This document shows, in pieces, positions 26,897 to 41,412 of a DNA stretch of 64,000 nucleotides. The stretch is from Chrysomallon squamiferum (lineage: Eukaryota; Animalia; Mollusca), in NCBI GenBank assembly GCA_012295275.1, contig CM022672.1, positions 9,052,001-9,116,000 of the forward strand, written 5' to 3'. The position numbers were made by a program, and so were the translations under genes. How positions within the stretch are numbered: the first letter of the stretch is position 1; each line of letters starts with the position of its first letter. Below the pieces are notes generated by a model. It saw only the letters and a list, made by a program, of their open reading frames with translations. It was not told the DNA's origin and did no database searches.

Positions 26897-29800
26897 TCTT
26901 TTTTATTCTTCCGTTTTCATTTATTTTTCTCGAAGTAAACTAATTACGTCTGTCACTACGACTAATGCCGGTGTTTCTAATAAAATGATTTTAATCTTCT
27001 GACTCTTGTCGTTTTTGTGATAATGCTCTCAATGAAAGCTAAATCAAGAGGAATAAATTGAATAAAAAAAAAAAAAAAAATTCATCAAGTCATGTGCAAT
27101 GGCATATTAAATAAAAGCCGCTACTTTATATTTGCTTTCTGTTATTTCGTAACAAAGCAGCGCTGATGTTTTTGCTATGACAACGTAGACAAATTTTACC
27201 TTTACTGTTTGGTTTGTGTTTGCAATAGGTATTTTAAGCCGACGAAAGTAATTACCTATTTAATCACCGCTGTAAAATTGCTAGCTGCTGTATTTAATTA
27301 TTTACATTTATGTTTTGTTGTAAGCCTGATCTGACGGTTTTCTGAATTATCTAAAGAATTACAGTCAAGGTACAGAAATATCCCAACGTAGCAAAAATAG
27401 AAATGCTGTTGGCAGAATATGTTAAAGCTTCTTTTGTTCTCTTGTTGTTTGGTGAAATATCAGGAAGGTAGAATAATAATATACAAGAAGGAAATTATAA
27501 TTTTCACGAACAGACGTCCTTATTAAGTGAAATACTAAGAAAGTTATGATAGTAAAATTCTAGAAGTGTAGCATGGTTAATATATACTACATTTTTAATG
27601 CTACTTAAAATTGTGAGATATTTTTTGCATTATTATTGTGTATGTTCAAACGTCCGTAGGTATGGTTATGCATAGGATCTATTTGTTATTATTATTTATT
27701 TATATATCCTTAAAAATATCATCATCAAGAACGAAATAAAAAATAAATAAATAAATAAATAAAAATAAAATTATAATAATGAAAAATATAATAATAATAA
27801 CAATAATAATAAAAAGCAATATTTAATGCTTAAAAAACCCCCCAAAACAACGACAACAACAACAAGCATAACATAAACTTTGCTTCGAAAGATATATACT
27901 GTAAAGCTGAAATATTTTCAGATCTCTGTTAATGGCACAAGAGAAAAAAGATCTTAGCAAATTATTTTTTGAAACAAGAGATGGTACTAATCAATACTAA
28001 ACCAGAATACATAATTATAAACCAAAATAGACACAATTAGATGTATCGACTAATTCTTTATATCATTTCTTTAAAACGCTTAATACAACTATTGATTAAA
28101 CTGTCCTAATTATTTTAACCGTTTAAACGGACGCTAGCATAATAATGAATAGGTTATTAAAAAAAAAAAAAGAAATGTAACTCTCTATCGAATAAACGAA
28201 ACGTTCGTGATATAAGCTGACTCTGAAAAATGACTTGCAGGTTAATTTTTATCCATGAATAAAAACTAAGACTATTAATTTATTACTGCATGACAAACTG
28301 TTCTCAGGAGATCGTCAGAGTTTGATATATAGTATTAACATTTCCATTTATCGTTTTACTACTACTACTACTACTACTACTATTATTATTATTATTAGTG
28401 TCACTACTACTACTACTGCTACTACTGTTATTATTATTATCACAATTTCTACTGCTGATGTTTGTACTACTACTAATGTATGTATTTATATATGTATATA
28501 TGTATGTATGTACGCTTCTGTATGTGTGCGCATGTTTGTATGTATGTATCTATGTATGCATATGTATCTTTATCTGTTTCTCTCTCGTTCCTTCTCTCTT
28601 TGTTCTTTTTCTGTCTGTCGTTCTCTTTCTATCTCTGTTACTCAATTTTTCTCTTTGTTTCATTACGCCATTAAACACTGTATATAAAAAGTAACCTGTT
28701 AGCAATCTTTACTATGATTTATGATCTTAAGTGTGACAGAAACTAAAATCAGTTTAATCTTGTAATACAATTATATTAAACTGTCCACGAATAATTATCC
28801 TTAAATAAATTTGACTGAGGAAAAAACTTTTATTTATCATCTTCATACGTGATATCACATTGTTTTCTGTTACCCAGGTACGTTTAATTAGGAAAGCCCT
28901 AATTGGTATTATAATATAATAGCAATATTCTTATTTTCAAAGAAGATAAAGTTTCGTCAGTGTTTGTTGAGATTAAAGACTTTAAAAACCCCATTATACC
29001 TCGGTGTAGCTTTTCTTTTCTTTGTAAAGTTAGCTTTGTTTTCGAGATATTTAATCCATTTGAAGACTTAAATTGAGAACAAAATTCAAAGATTAATTAA
29101 GCAAAGACAATAAATTTATTACAAAGGTGAAGAGGACAAATATATAAAAAATAAATAAAAAAATAAATAAATAACAAGAACAGCAGCAGGCACAGCAGAA
29201 ACATCATCATCATCATCAGCAGCAACAACAACAACAATAACAACAACAACAACAACAACAATAATAATAATAATGAAAATGAAAAAACCTTATCACAAGA
29301 TTAATTAAAAAAAAAAAAAAAAAACAAAAACATCAGAGTCCCAAATACAAAAGGCAAAACGTAGTTCGTAAACAAAATAACTGAAATGAAAGCAAATCGA
29401 ATTGCTGCTTGAATGTTTTTACATCAAAGCTTCACAATGTAGACTTAATTAATTAGAAAAGAAAGGGGATAGTGACAAAAAAGACTGTGAAGAAATAATG
29501 AACATCGTCAAAGATTTCTTTGTGACACAGTGTAGTAAGTTTAAAGTGTCCACCAGTGATCCCCGTAAGTGAAGATGATTGTGAAATCCATCTAACATCC
29601 AACTGAAGAATGTGAACATCATTTGTTTTCCTGCAGTTTTACATCTTACTGGTTTTCTCCATTTTAATTGTCGTACACTGTTATTTGGATATCCAAAACT
29701 TAGAGTTCAAGCTATAATGCTTTGTTGTTTTTATTTTTTATTCTTCAGATCTTCATTATATATATTAGATATTTTGAGGAAAGTTATAGTAATTGTTCTG

Positions 29801-30145
29801 CAAAATTGAGGAAAGAATTATATTGAGAAAGTATACTTTTTATTTTATTTTATTAATTTTTATTAATTTTTCATGTTTTGTTTTTTCGTGATCCTTATGC
29901 TGTTCAGTATTGTTACAGGTTTAGTAAAGTGATGTAAGTCGTCTTGATGTTATCTATAATCCGTTTAATCCCAAAATGTTTAATATTCGTATGATCATTT
30001 GAAGAAATAGAAGATTTTATTAATATTTTTTACGGAATATCACCTGCATATAGAAGAAGAAGAAAGGTTCTTTAATTTCCCATTCATGCAAAATGAGAGG
30101 AAACGAACAGACTCTGCACTAAGAGGTACGTGATAAAATATCATT

Positions 30146-31273
30146 CTACTTCATTATGTTAAATTTGTTAGGACAGTTACACGCCAGTCTCTCGCGTATT
30201 GAGGGCAGAGACAGAATGAACATAAACGGATCAGTGAATGCGTGGAGAATCGACAGTATTCCAGTAATATAAAGATTTACTATGGATTCCGGATCACGAA
30301 TTAGGTTCTCAAGCTGTATCATGGTTGGTATGCTGGTCGCTGAATGAGTAAGAATGAGAATGCCTACAATGATAGTAGCAATTAATTCTTTATTCTGACG
30401 TTTCTTTGTTACTGCCGGGTCAACGTTATTCCCTCTACCACCGCGACTTATTGTGAAGTTGTTGCTATTGTGACCAAATGCGGTGCTTGCTTCTCGTTGA
30501 TGTATATCACTGACGTCCTGTTCAGTCTTGTAATTGCTTGAAACATGTTCTGTTTTATTTTCAGTTATATGTTTCATGTTGCTTGCTTGGGTAACAGAAA
30601 TTGATTCAACTTCTTGACTGACACCAATTTTCTTCCTGTTCAAATACAAATGTACTAGTTTGAAAATAGACAATGCATAGAGCAAAAGACTGGCCGATGT
30701 ATTAAACGAACTCATGACGAAAAAATATTTAGTTGTGATTTTAAACATGGCGATTAAAGATCTGAATCTGCAATACACTGGAGTAACACCATACACAGTG
30801 TGTTCTACCATTATAACTATCGCCCATCCAGAAGTTAGAAGTATCCAGATGAAGAGAACAAAGAATATAGTTTTACGTTTTGTAAATATTTTTGAGAGGT
30901 CAGGGTTTCTGCCAATACTGTAAAGAGAAACTGTTCGCATGATATTTATCAACACCAGCTGGCTTGAACTAATCAGTGGGATATGAAACATAAGAAACAA
31001 AACAAACGTACACAAAGCTGGACTCACTTCATTCCCTGACGCGCTTGTTACGTACAGAACTATGGTTATGTATGAAATCCCGTTCAAGCAAAACAAACTG
31101 TCACTTAACGAAAGCGAAATTAATGCCACGTATATGGAATGCTTAGCCATAACATTCTTTTTCACTATCAAAATACACACTGCAATGTTTTCCACTAGGA
31201 CTGTAAAGTACAAAATAATGATTGTTATAGTTATGGAATCGGCAGGAGGTGAAACCTCGTACGTCAGATTCAT
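30146..31273 (-). CDS. Class A GPCR copy 5 (- clade), intact, 375 aa
   Basis: 7TM; NLT sequon; VENIAV; SLSLSD; LCTF...NIMRTVSLY; YCRFRS; KRQNKELIATIIVG; THSATSIP; AFTDPFMF. Confidence 0.93.
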   Translation of the reverse strand: MNLTYEVSPPADSITITIIILYFTVLVENIAVCILIVKKNVMAKHSIYVALISLSLSDSLFCLNGISYITIVLYVTSASGNEVSPALCTFVLFLMFHIPLISSSQLVLINIMRTVSLYSIGRNPDLSKIFTKRKTIFFVLFIWILLTSGWAIVIMVEHTVYGVTPVYCRFRSLIAMFKITTKYFFVMSSFNTSASLLLYALSIFKLVHLYLNRKKIGVSQEVESISVTQASNMKHITENKTEHVSSNYKTEQDVSDIHQREASTAFGHNSNNFTISRGGRGNNVDPAVTKKRQNKELIATIIVGILILTHSATSIPTMIQLENLIRDPESIVNLYITGILSILHAFTDPFMFILSLPSIRERLACNCPNKFNIMK

Positions 31274-32799
31274 GTCGTGGTTTATGAGTATCCTAATTTA
31301 AATCTCGGGGAAAGGTCTGACCGAGGTCAAATAAATGTTCACAGAAAGTGTTTAGAGTAGTTGAAATTCGTTTTTGAAATAATTATCCTGCCAGTAAAGG
31401 GAATCCTTTCTGGACATGTCTTCCTGTTACAACTGTACGTCGAAGGTCTTGTTACTTCTAGACTTGTTGTTGACGTTTCCTTAAGATAATAAGTATGAAA
31501 AAAAAGAGAAAAGTTTAATGAACAAGCAAATTCATTTTAACTAAATAAAATTACTTGCTTTTTATTTTTATAATTCATAAAGATTTTAACGGTCTGTTTT
31601 AATGTCAGCTATCAGTAAGTATAAAACATATTTTACAATAGAGACATACTGTAAAGTTATCATATATGTAAATATATATATATACATATAGAGGAAAAAT
31701 ATATATTAATTTCTAACAATTAAATCAACAATTTGTTTTTTAAAAACAGCAGTAATCTATACAGTGCTGATGTCTAAAATTCGCATTTTTATGTGACAAA
31801 ACAATAAAAAGTAAGATATAAGAAAATAGATTCAATATTAATTAATTAAGATTAACACTTTAATCAACATAGATTTAGAACTATGGTTAGCTAAACTGTT
31901 ATAAAACAACTTAATAAACTGAATTATTAAACTTGTACAGCTAACTAAATTTAATCTTAATGATATAACAGATTTTCATCACAAAGCTGGTAAGGCCTGA
32001 TTAAGACCTCCATTTTAATAAATACACCTGCGATTTATAATTTAACAAACATTATGTATTTCTCTATAACAGTAGATATTTTAAAAATTATCTGTATTTT
32101 AAGATAAATAAATAAACTCAATAGTTTTAAATTCTGTTTTTCTATATTCACTGAAATCGTCATTTGTTACAAAAAAAAGATTATACGTGTCTCTAGTGTA
32201 CTATTTTTGTTACATTTAGTAAAAGTAAGAAGTCAGCTTACATTATTGCTGTATTTAGTCAGATGCTGTAATATTCACTGAAATTCAGCTTACATCATCC
32301 ACTTAATAAGACGTTTTGTGATGACGACATAGCCTACACCACAAACACCTCGACGACAGTCACAACAACAATTACCAGAATATTATCCAGCGTTTTATAC
32401 ATTTTTTAAAAATCAGTTACAAATGTAAATCACTGTGTCTTTTTAGCAGAGCGAAAAAAAAAAAAAAAAAAAAAAATCATAAAATATAATAAAATAAAAT
32501 ATTTAAGATCAAAAGAAATATTTCAATTATATGTCAATCATTATTTTATCAAACAACCTAATGTTATTTCAATTCCGTAATCAGAACGAAAAATCAGCTT
32601 ACCTTCTCTATACTAAAACATGTAATGGCTATTTGGACATACCCAGTAGAACTCGCATTAAAATCAATTTGTCGATATATGCCACGCCTAAGAAAAAAAA
32701 ATTCTTTACAGTGAATAAAAGGTCTGTTTCTGGACAATAGCGTACCGATGCTTGTATTTATTATTATTATTATTATTAGATACACAAGTAATTGAAATT
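31040..32799. repeat. Duplicated block (5' part and upstream flank of copy 5), paralogous to ~39570-41430
   Basis: Colinear, highly similar sequence from TM2 through cagattcatgtcgtggtttatgag to tacacaagta.ttgaaa. Confidence 0.92.
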
Positions 32800-34096
32800 A
32801 TGGAAATGGAAAAGTGAAATTATTTGTAAAAAGTACTACTGCGAATAATTAATTTATCGAATTTTGGCGTGTGAAATGATTTTATTCTTTTTTTGTTGTT
32901 TTTCGATTATAAAGCCAAAGCACAGGTCTATGTTATTAAGTTACCTAGCAAATAATCGACATATTTACGACTTTGCTTTATTATTATTATTACATTTTTT
33001 ATTTCAATCTTTTCAGATATAATAATATAATACTGAGACCATATGCTAACGTGGCTTATTAAAGTTAATGACATACATTTCATTGCTGTTCATAAAAGAT
33101 ACCGCAGATGGCCTTTTTGAATATACCATTTGTTTTTGTTTTTTATTTATTAATGTGTGTTATTTCTTTCTTTCGGATTTGTTACAATATAAATTCAATA
33201 CTATTAATTCCTAATGCTTTCGTTGTCAATATACGTTATAAGATATGTATAACTGTGTTCACAAAAGTTACTGATCAGACATTTTTATTTTATTTTTTCT
33301 AATAACGCCATCAAACGACATACATTTGTTAAAATAAAAACAAAATAAAATATATATAATAAAAAGTATACAAGAGAATGCTGTTAAAACTTTATACTTT
33401 AAATATTGATATCGGTAGTAAGATACTTGTCAGAAAAAAATTATGGAAAAAAAAAAGCGAGAAAAGATTAATAAAAAAAAATAGAAAAAAGAAATCAATC
33501 ATTAACGTTGTGTATTGATCAGAATTTTTATAAAGTACAAGAAATATCGATAACATTACGATTCCATCCATATTCAATATTGATGAAATAATAATTCACG
33601 TAACTTGAAATCTAATAATATGCGTAATATGTGAATATCTAATTTGATCTCTTTTTTTTTCATACATACATAGATGCATACATACATACATACATGTATA
33701 CACATACACACAAACAAATAATGACATGATTGTATGTATATCATTTGTTTTATTGTTTTCTTTACACTAGATACTGAATGGGTGTTTTTCAGTTTTAACA
33801 ATGGATAATGTAGTGTCCAGGTTAATGGAGAGTTAATTGGAATTTCAGACAATCTCGGCCTGGTGTTATTCTGTCAAACTGTATTATTATTGTTGTTTGC
33901 ACCTTTTATATTTCTACTTTCTATCTGACACATTGTATTTCTATCGACGTGTTGCTTTTAAAATGATATTTCTGGTTCTTTTTGAGCCAGGCTCTTAAAA
34001 GACATTTTAATTGCTGTTGGATTTTGACAGATAAACACGAATTTCTTTTCCTTCATACCTTTTTTTTTAAAATATTCATATTGATGAATTCTTACC

Positions 34097-34098
<2 letters not shown>

Positions 34099-34177
<79 letters not shown>
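34099..34177. repeat. (CT)n microsatellite
   Basis: Pure run. Confidence 0.95.
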
Positions 34178-34180
<3 letters not shown>

Positions 34181-34392
34181 ATATATATATATCTGTGTGT
34201 ATGTGTGTGTGTAAAATTTTTGCAGTAAGTCTGTGAATGTTTTTACGTTGTTTAAAGATAAATAACTGTAAGTTATAGACTGCAGCAAAATTTTTCTATA
34301 AATTAATCTAATGTTCTAATGTTAGCTTCCATTAAAAAAATCTAAAAAAAAAAAACAACAACAACAATGATAATGATGATGATGATAATGAT

Positions 34393-34447
<55 letters not shown>

Positions 34448-34835
34448 TAGAAAAATATAACTACTTTTCATTAAGAACTCTGTTATATAGATAAAAAACA
34501 AACATTTCAGAAAACAACTATAATTCCAAAAAGAAAAAAAAACAAACAAAAAACAACAAAAAAAACACCTCTAAATCAATTATTTTGCTTCTTCGTTATA
34601 TATTTTTTATGAGTAGCATACTGTTTCTATTTACCTGGTTAGTTTTACATTATCTTTCAGCACTAAACAAAACAGCTTTAGAAAAATCAATGGGAATTAG
34701 CATTGACAGTAAAATCGTATTTTTTTCAGTAAGCTGATCAGAATATAAAAATCTTATTGAATTCAAACAGTATCGTGAATAGAAATAATGTTCCGTAATC
34801 CGTGCACGGAAATTGAAAGGAAATCATCAATCGAA

Positions 34836-35210
34836 TGAATATGATGAGTCGTATGCAGGAAAATCACAGAATATTATACGAAATGTGCAGGAAAATCTAA
34901 AGAAAATGATGAAGCGAAGGTAGAGAATTTGAAAGATAATAATGAGTCGTATGCTTGGAAATCGAAATAATATGACCAGTCGTGTATAGGGCATTCTAAA
35001 GAATATGATAAGCCGTAGGGAAATCTAAAGAAAATGATGAGTCGAATGTAGGGAAACATAAAGAATATGACGAGTCGTGAGCAGAGAAATCTAAAGAATA
35101 TGATGAGTCGTGTGTAGGGAAATCTAAAGAATATGATGAGTCGTGAGCAGAGAAATCTAAAGAATATGATGAGTCGTGTGAAGAAAAATCGAAAGAAAAT
35201 AATCCGTCGT
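34836..35210. repeat. 33-bp minisatellite, about 11 degenerate copies
   Basis: Consensus atgatgagtcgtgtgtagggaaatctaaagaat; clear unit starts at 35100, 35133 and 35166. Confidence 0.9.
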
Positions 35211-35224
35211 TTATACTAAAAAGT

Positions 35225-36336
35225 TTATAAACAATAATTAATAATACGGTGAAGTTTGACGTTCTGTTTGATAATCATACATTTATAGGCATACTGATGC
35301 ACCAGCTTATCGCGTACGTAGGACAAAGACAAAATGAAAATAAAAGGGTGAGTGAAACCATTCAGCAGAGTCAACGCACCACCTTTGAAAAGATCAACTA
35401 TAGATTCAGGATCTCGAAGCACCCATGCCAACTTGTATCATCCACGGAATGGTGGTTGCTGATTGAGTCATAATCAGAATGCTCACAACAATGCTAGTAA
35501 CTAATTCTTTAGACTGACGTTTAGGAGCGGTTTTCTATGATTCTTCAGCATTCACAGTGCCAACGCTCGGCTTTGCCGTATTATTAAAGACCACTCTTGT
35601 TACTTGTCGCTGAATATCACTCGCATCCTGTTAAGTATTGCAAATGTTTGTCGTTTGTTTTGGTTGATTTCCTTCAAAGTTTTTCATGCTTCCATTTCTT
35701 GGACTACGGCAATTTTCCCTTTAAGAAAATATAAAAGTACCAGTTTACAAACAGATAACACACACAGCAACACGTTTATAACATTGTTAAATGCATTCAT
35801 GGCAAGAAAATAAATACTTATAATATTAAAGATGGCTAAAATGGATATATAGCAAAATGAAGGTGTGATACCATAAAGAAAGTGATCCGTCAAGCGTAAG
35901 AAGTATCCAGATATTAGAACAAAGACAATAGTTTTTACCTTTTGTAAATATTTTTCTTAGATCCGGATTTATACCAATGCTGCAGATGGAAACTGTTCGC
36001 ATTATATTAATCAGCAATAACTGACTCACTGCGATTAGTTCCGAATGGAAGAAAAGAAACAAAACAAATGTGCAGAAAATTGGATTCGTATACTTGTATG
36101 ATACGTTATAGACATATACAGCATCATTATATATATAATCCCAGTCACGCAAACTAAAACGTAACTGAGCGAAGGAGAAATGATTGCCACATAAATCGAG
36201 TGCTCAGCCATAACGATCTTTCTTACTATCAAAATAGATACTGCAATATTTTTCGCGATAGCTATGAATCAGATAGCCATAAGAGACACAATTAACGATT
36301 ATTAGGGGTAGGGGTGGTTTCATTTGTCAAATTTAT
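35225..36336 (-). pseudogene. Class A GPCR copy 6 (- clade), old pseudogene
   Basis: Start degraded to ATA (ATA AAT TTG ACA AAT GAA, cf. MNLT/MNSTNE). Fragments HSIYVAIIS, IFCTFVLF...NIMRTVSI, PKRQSKELV and RDPESIV...FTHPFIF fall in shifting frames with stops. Confidence 0.9.
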
Positions 36337-38345
36337 CTCGTAATTTACGAAATAAAATCCTTACATAAAACACGTAAACCTCAGATTCTAATGTTATAAT
36401 ATACAAAACGTGTGCATTTTTTAAATTTATTTTACAGATGAAGTTAATTCTTCCGTTATTATTATTATTTTTTTAATACAGTTTTATGTGGCCTTTAGTC
36501 GAACATTCTCTATCGTCTGGTAATCAATATGTTTGTTTCCTCAATGCATGCTTGATAAAATGTCCAAGTGAGTGTGGAATTCACATGTAGATTATCGACG
36601 AATTCTTGTTTAAACTTTCATTAAGGTGTTTAACATCAAAAAGAAAAGAAAAAAACATGTCATACAAAATGCAGATCGTCTATACAGCTGTCTTATTACA
36701 AATAAAGAAATATTAAATCCATTAAAAATGTTATCTAGAAACAATATGGTTTTATAATTTTTTATATTTTATATTTTATATTTAAGAAACAGTGTTGTCG
36801 AACTTGAATTTAACAAAATCCTGCATATTTTCAAATTAGTAAATAATTATAAGAAAATAGGCACTATTTGAAAATATAAATAAAAATCAGTATTTATTTA
36901 AAATCAAATAAAACCTCAATGTCAGTTTAAAATGAACTGACATAAATATGTCTGTCGTTGGAGTTTATCTTAAGTAATAAGAAAATATAAGTTTAAACAT
37001 TCTCTGTTATGAATATATTAAAGTTAGGTTTATTTGTTTGTTTGTTGTTATTTTGGGATGTTTTTTTGTTTGTTTGTTTGTTTTTTTTTTTCCATCCAGT
37101 CTTTAAAAATATATCAGCGCCCTGCCACTTTTCTATAGCTGTTAACGGTGTTTTATGGGCAACGACAATAGGTCAGTCAAAACAATACAGTTATAACTTG
37201 AAAATACAAATAATTTTATTACATCATCTGTTTGACAGATATATTTTAAATAGTGTTATATAAATTATGTGCAACAGAGCTTAATGTGTAATCGATGAAT
37301 GTAAAATATCAATTTTCTTGTATATACAGAAGCTCCAACTCCAGAGCAGAAACTCTATTTGCCAGTGCCGGGGCAAGGCAAGTATTGCGGCTCCCTAACC
37401 CGTGGAAATCAGCCCTCCCATAGGTCTCTTCCACTAGTGCAGTAGAGAACCTGAGAATTTTGCGCCCGGGAAAACCGCTCATTTTCTCAAAAATAGCCAT
37501 GAATATTGGCCTCGAAAAGTGAATATGATGCTAATACGTCTGTAGAAATGTAAAAATGAACATAATTAAATGGAAATATCCAGGCTGATGAATGTCCATT
37601 TAACTTAAATTTTAATTACAAACTGCATATTTACCTTCCTTTGAAGTTAATTTTCTTTTTTCTTGACGACAGATTTCTGAAGTTTGACTAATGATTTAAT
37701 ATACAGAAATGAAAAGCTAATTTCTTCATAAACAAGATAATCTTTGTTTCGGCCTCAAATATTATTGGTAAAATGACTTTGATAATCAAAACTAGCAGAT
37801 AGTCTTTATTAAGATGTGAGTAGATGACTACTTTGTATAGAAAGTCCTGACACACTTTGTGATCACAGTTTTGTGATAAACTCAAACGTTTTTGAAGTAA
37901 TCATTCTGAAACTGTACTTTTAACTGTCACGTATAGAAAATGTAACTAGTTTGCATAGTATCATACACACACACACCCACCCACCCACCCACACCCACAC
38001 CCACACACACACACACACACCTAAATTCATATATACATACATACATACAAAAACTTCCACAACCACCCACAAAAAATGAAAAAAATAAAAATAAAAATAA
38101 AAATAAAAATTAATAATAATAATAAAAAAATAATAATAATAACAATAATAAAAAATAAATAAAAATAAAAACAAAACGATTTATAACTCGAGCATATTGG
38201 ATAAGGAGCATTATTCTGGTAGATTTTAAGTTTATATAATCCTTTATCATCTTCAATATCATCATCATCATCATAGCTGTTATTCATTATTTTATTGCCA
38301 TTATTATTATTATTATTATTCTTGTTGTTGTTGTTGATTTTGTTA

Positions 38346-38720
38346 TCGTGATTATTATTACTACTATTATTACTGTTGTTGTTAGTTTTGATGTTGGATT
38401 TAATGACCCCGATGATGACGACACTGATGATGATGATGAAAATAATAATAATTATATCAAGCTTTTTTTGATTTGGGATAATGTGACATAAAGCAATAAT
38501 TATTTTAATAAATTACTTTGCTGATTATTGATTATGTATCAAAGATTCAAAACTATGTTAGATCCTTCACAAAAGTGAAAGGTTTATCGATAAATACTGT
38601 CCACTGAAAGAAATATTAGTCGCTAGTTGTTATATGACCTACGTGAAGCCACCACTAAATACATTATTTTTATTTCACACTGCCTGACAGATGAAAGAAT
38701 TATTAGTAGAAATATTGTGA
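38346..38720. repeat. ~375-bp direct repeat R, paralogous to 41431-41805
   Basis: tcgtgattattattactact...gatccttcacaaaagtgaaagg...gccaccactaaatac...tgcctgacag occurs on both sides of copy 7. Confidence 0.92.
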
Positions 38721-39798
38721 GTCTTTGTACAATACCCTATCAGTTTATCACGTATTGAGGGCAAAGTCAAAAAGAAAATCAGTGGATCGGTAAAAGCGTT
38801 TAAGAGCGCCAAGATACCACCAGTATAAAGATTGTCAATAGATTCTGGATCACGAATTATGTTTCCGAATTGTATCGTAGATGGTATGCTGGTTGATGAA
38901 TGAGTCAAAGTCAGAATGCCAACAATTATTGTAGCAACTAATTCTTTAGACTGACGTTTAGGAGCCTTTTTTCTTGTGGTCCTCTCATTGCCTTTCTCAG
39001 CCCACGCTTTCCTTAGTGTGCAGTTGTTCGAGTTGTCACCAAAGGTGTTTGATCCTGGTTGCTGAGTTTCATTGGCATCCTCTTCAATCTTGTAGACTCC
39101 TGAAGTTAAGTTTGGATGATTTCTGTTAGTTTCTACTTGTCGACTAACATCAATTTTTTTCCTTTTCAGATACAAACTGAAAAGTTTGTAGATAGATAAA
39201 GCATACAGTAACAAGCTTGCTGAATAGTTAAATGAGCTCACTATTAAAAGAACTTAGATGTGATTGTAAACAGTGCTAATATAGATCTGAATCTACATAT
39301 TGTAGGCGTGTCACCATACACAACGTGGTCTATCACCATAAACACCGTCCATCCAAGAGTAAGAATAATCCAGATGAATAGAACAACGACAATAGTTTTA
39401 CGTTTTGTAAATAATTTCGAGAGATCAGGGGTTCTTCCAATGCTGTACAGAGAAACTGTTCGCATGATATTTATCAACAATATCTGACTTGTACTAATAA
39501 GTACAAGGTGAATGAGAAAAAACATGACAAATGTACACAAAACTGGACTGACTTCTTTCGATGATGTGCTTGCTACGTACATAACTATGGTCATGAATGA
39601 AATCCCGTTCAAGCAATGCAAACTGTCACTTAACGAAAGCGAAATTAATGTCACGTATATGGAATGCTTAGCCATAACATTCTTTTTCACTATCAAAATA
39701 CACACTGCAATGTTTTCCACTAGGACTGTAAAGTACAAAATAATGATTGTTATAGTTATGGAATCGGAAGGAGGTGAAACCTCGTATGTCAGATTCAT
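38675..39798 (-). pseudogene. Class A GPCR copy 7, chimeric, with a single 1-bp deletion at ~39246 (possible assembly error)
   Basis: ORFs 39244-39798 and 38675-39241 join by restoring one base (TTT TA- ATA GTG; copy 8 has TTT TAC ATA GTG). Corrected product is 374 aa with all family motifs. Confidence 0.88.
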
Positions 39799-41378
39799 GT
39801 CGTGGTTTATGAGTATCCTAATTTAAATCTCGGGAAAGGTCTGACCGAGGTCAAATAAATGTTCACAGAAAGTGTTTAGAGTAGTTGAAATTCGTTTTTC
39901 AAATAATTATCCTGCCAGTGACGGGAATCCTTTCTGGAAATACGTTCCTGTTGCAAGTGTACGTCGTATGTCAGGTTACTTCTAGACTTGTTGTTGACGT
40001 TTCCTTAAGATATTAATCCTGAAAAAAGCAAATGTTTAATGAACATGCAGAACCATTTTAACTAAGTAAAATTACTTGCTCTTTACGTTTTATTATTCAT
40101 GGGGAAAAAATAAAAAATAAATAAATAAACAAAAAAGAAAGAAAAAAAATAAAATAAATAATAATAATAAAATAAATAAAGAAAGAAAACAGAAAGAAAA
40201 AAAAAGAAAAAAGAAGTACATTTTGAATATGATTATTGAATAAACGCTCTACAAAGATTTTAACGGTCTTTTTTAATGTCAGCTAACAGTAAGTATAAAA
40301 TATATCTTACAATAGAGACTTGCTGTAAAAATTATACATATAAAGTCAAAATATATATTAATTTAATAACAATCAAATCAACAATCTCCTTTTTTTTTTT
40401 TAAAGCAGCAGTAATCTATACAGTGCTGTTGTCTAAAATTCGCATTTTTATGTGACAAAACAATAAAAAGTAAGATGTAAGAAAATAGATTCAATATTAA
40501 TTCATTAAGGTTGTTAACACTTTATTCAACCCCCACAAAATAGATTTAACAATACTGATATAAAACAATTTAATAAACTGAATTATTAAACTTATACAAG
40601 TAACTAAATTTGATCTTAATCATATAACAGATTTTCATCACAAAGCTGGTAAGGCCTGATTACATTTTTCTTAGTGTTATATTTTAATCAATACACCTGT
40701 GATTTATAATTTAACAAACATTATGTATTTCTCTATAACAGTAGAAATTTTAAGAATTATCTATGTTTTAAGATAAATAAATAAACTCAGTATTTTTAAA
40801 TTCTGTTTTTCTATATTCACTGAAATCGTCATTTGTTACAAAAAAAAAGATTATACATGTCTCTAGTGTACTATTTTTGTTACATTTAGTAAAAGTAAGA
40901 AGTCAACTTACATTATTGCTGTATTTAGTCAGATGCTGCAATATTCACTGAAATTCAGCTTACATCATCCACATAATAAGACGTTTTGTGATGACGACAT
41001 CGCCTACACCACAAACACCTCGACGACAGTAACAACAACAATTACAACTGCCAGAAGATTATATATGTTTTCAAAATGTAAGTCACTATGTGTCTTTTAG
41101 CGCAGCGAAAAAAATAAAAATAAAAAAAAAATAAAATAGAATATTTAAGATCAAAAGAAATATTTCAATTATATGTCAATCATTATTTTATCAAACAACC
41201 TAATGTTATTTCAATTCCTTAATCAGAACGAAAAATCAGCTTACCTTCTCTATACTAAAACATTTAATTTGAACATATCCAGTAGAACTCGCATTAAAAT
41301 CAATTTGTCGGAGAAAAAAACAAAATTCTTTACAGTGAATAAAAGGTCTGTTTCTGGACAACAGCGTACCGATGTTTG

Positions 41379-41412
<34 letters not shown>

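Noticed and set aside
34836-35210. Regularly spaced 33-bp repeats resembling a CRISPR array
   Set aside because: Head-to-tail units without unique spacers, no cas genes, eukaryotic context.
37320-37515. GC-rich island upstream of pseudogene 6
   Set aside because: Probably a TE fragment, but no TIR pair, TSD or coding similarity could be established.
39238-39246. Tandem TAA TAG TGA on - at the copy 7 lesion, suggesting programmed recoding
   Set aside because: Arises automatically from reading TA-ATA-GTG-AGC out of frame after a 1-bp deletion; no canonical slippery heptamer seen.
32531-41412. Duplicated + strand ORF MSIIILSNNLMLFQF... (32531-32740 and 41173-41412)
   Set aside because: Lies within the duplicated upstream block; the copies differ by indels and stop position, and no domain is evident.
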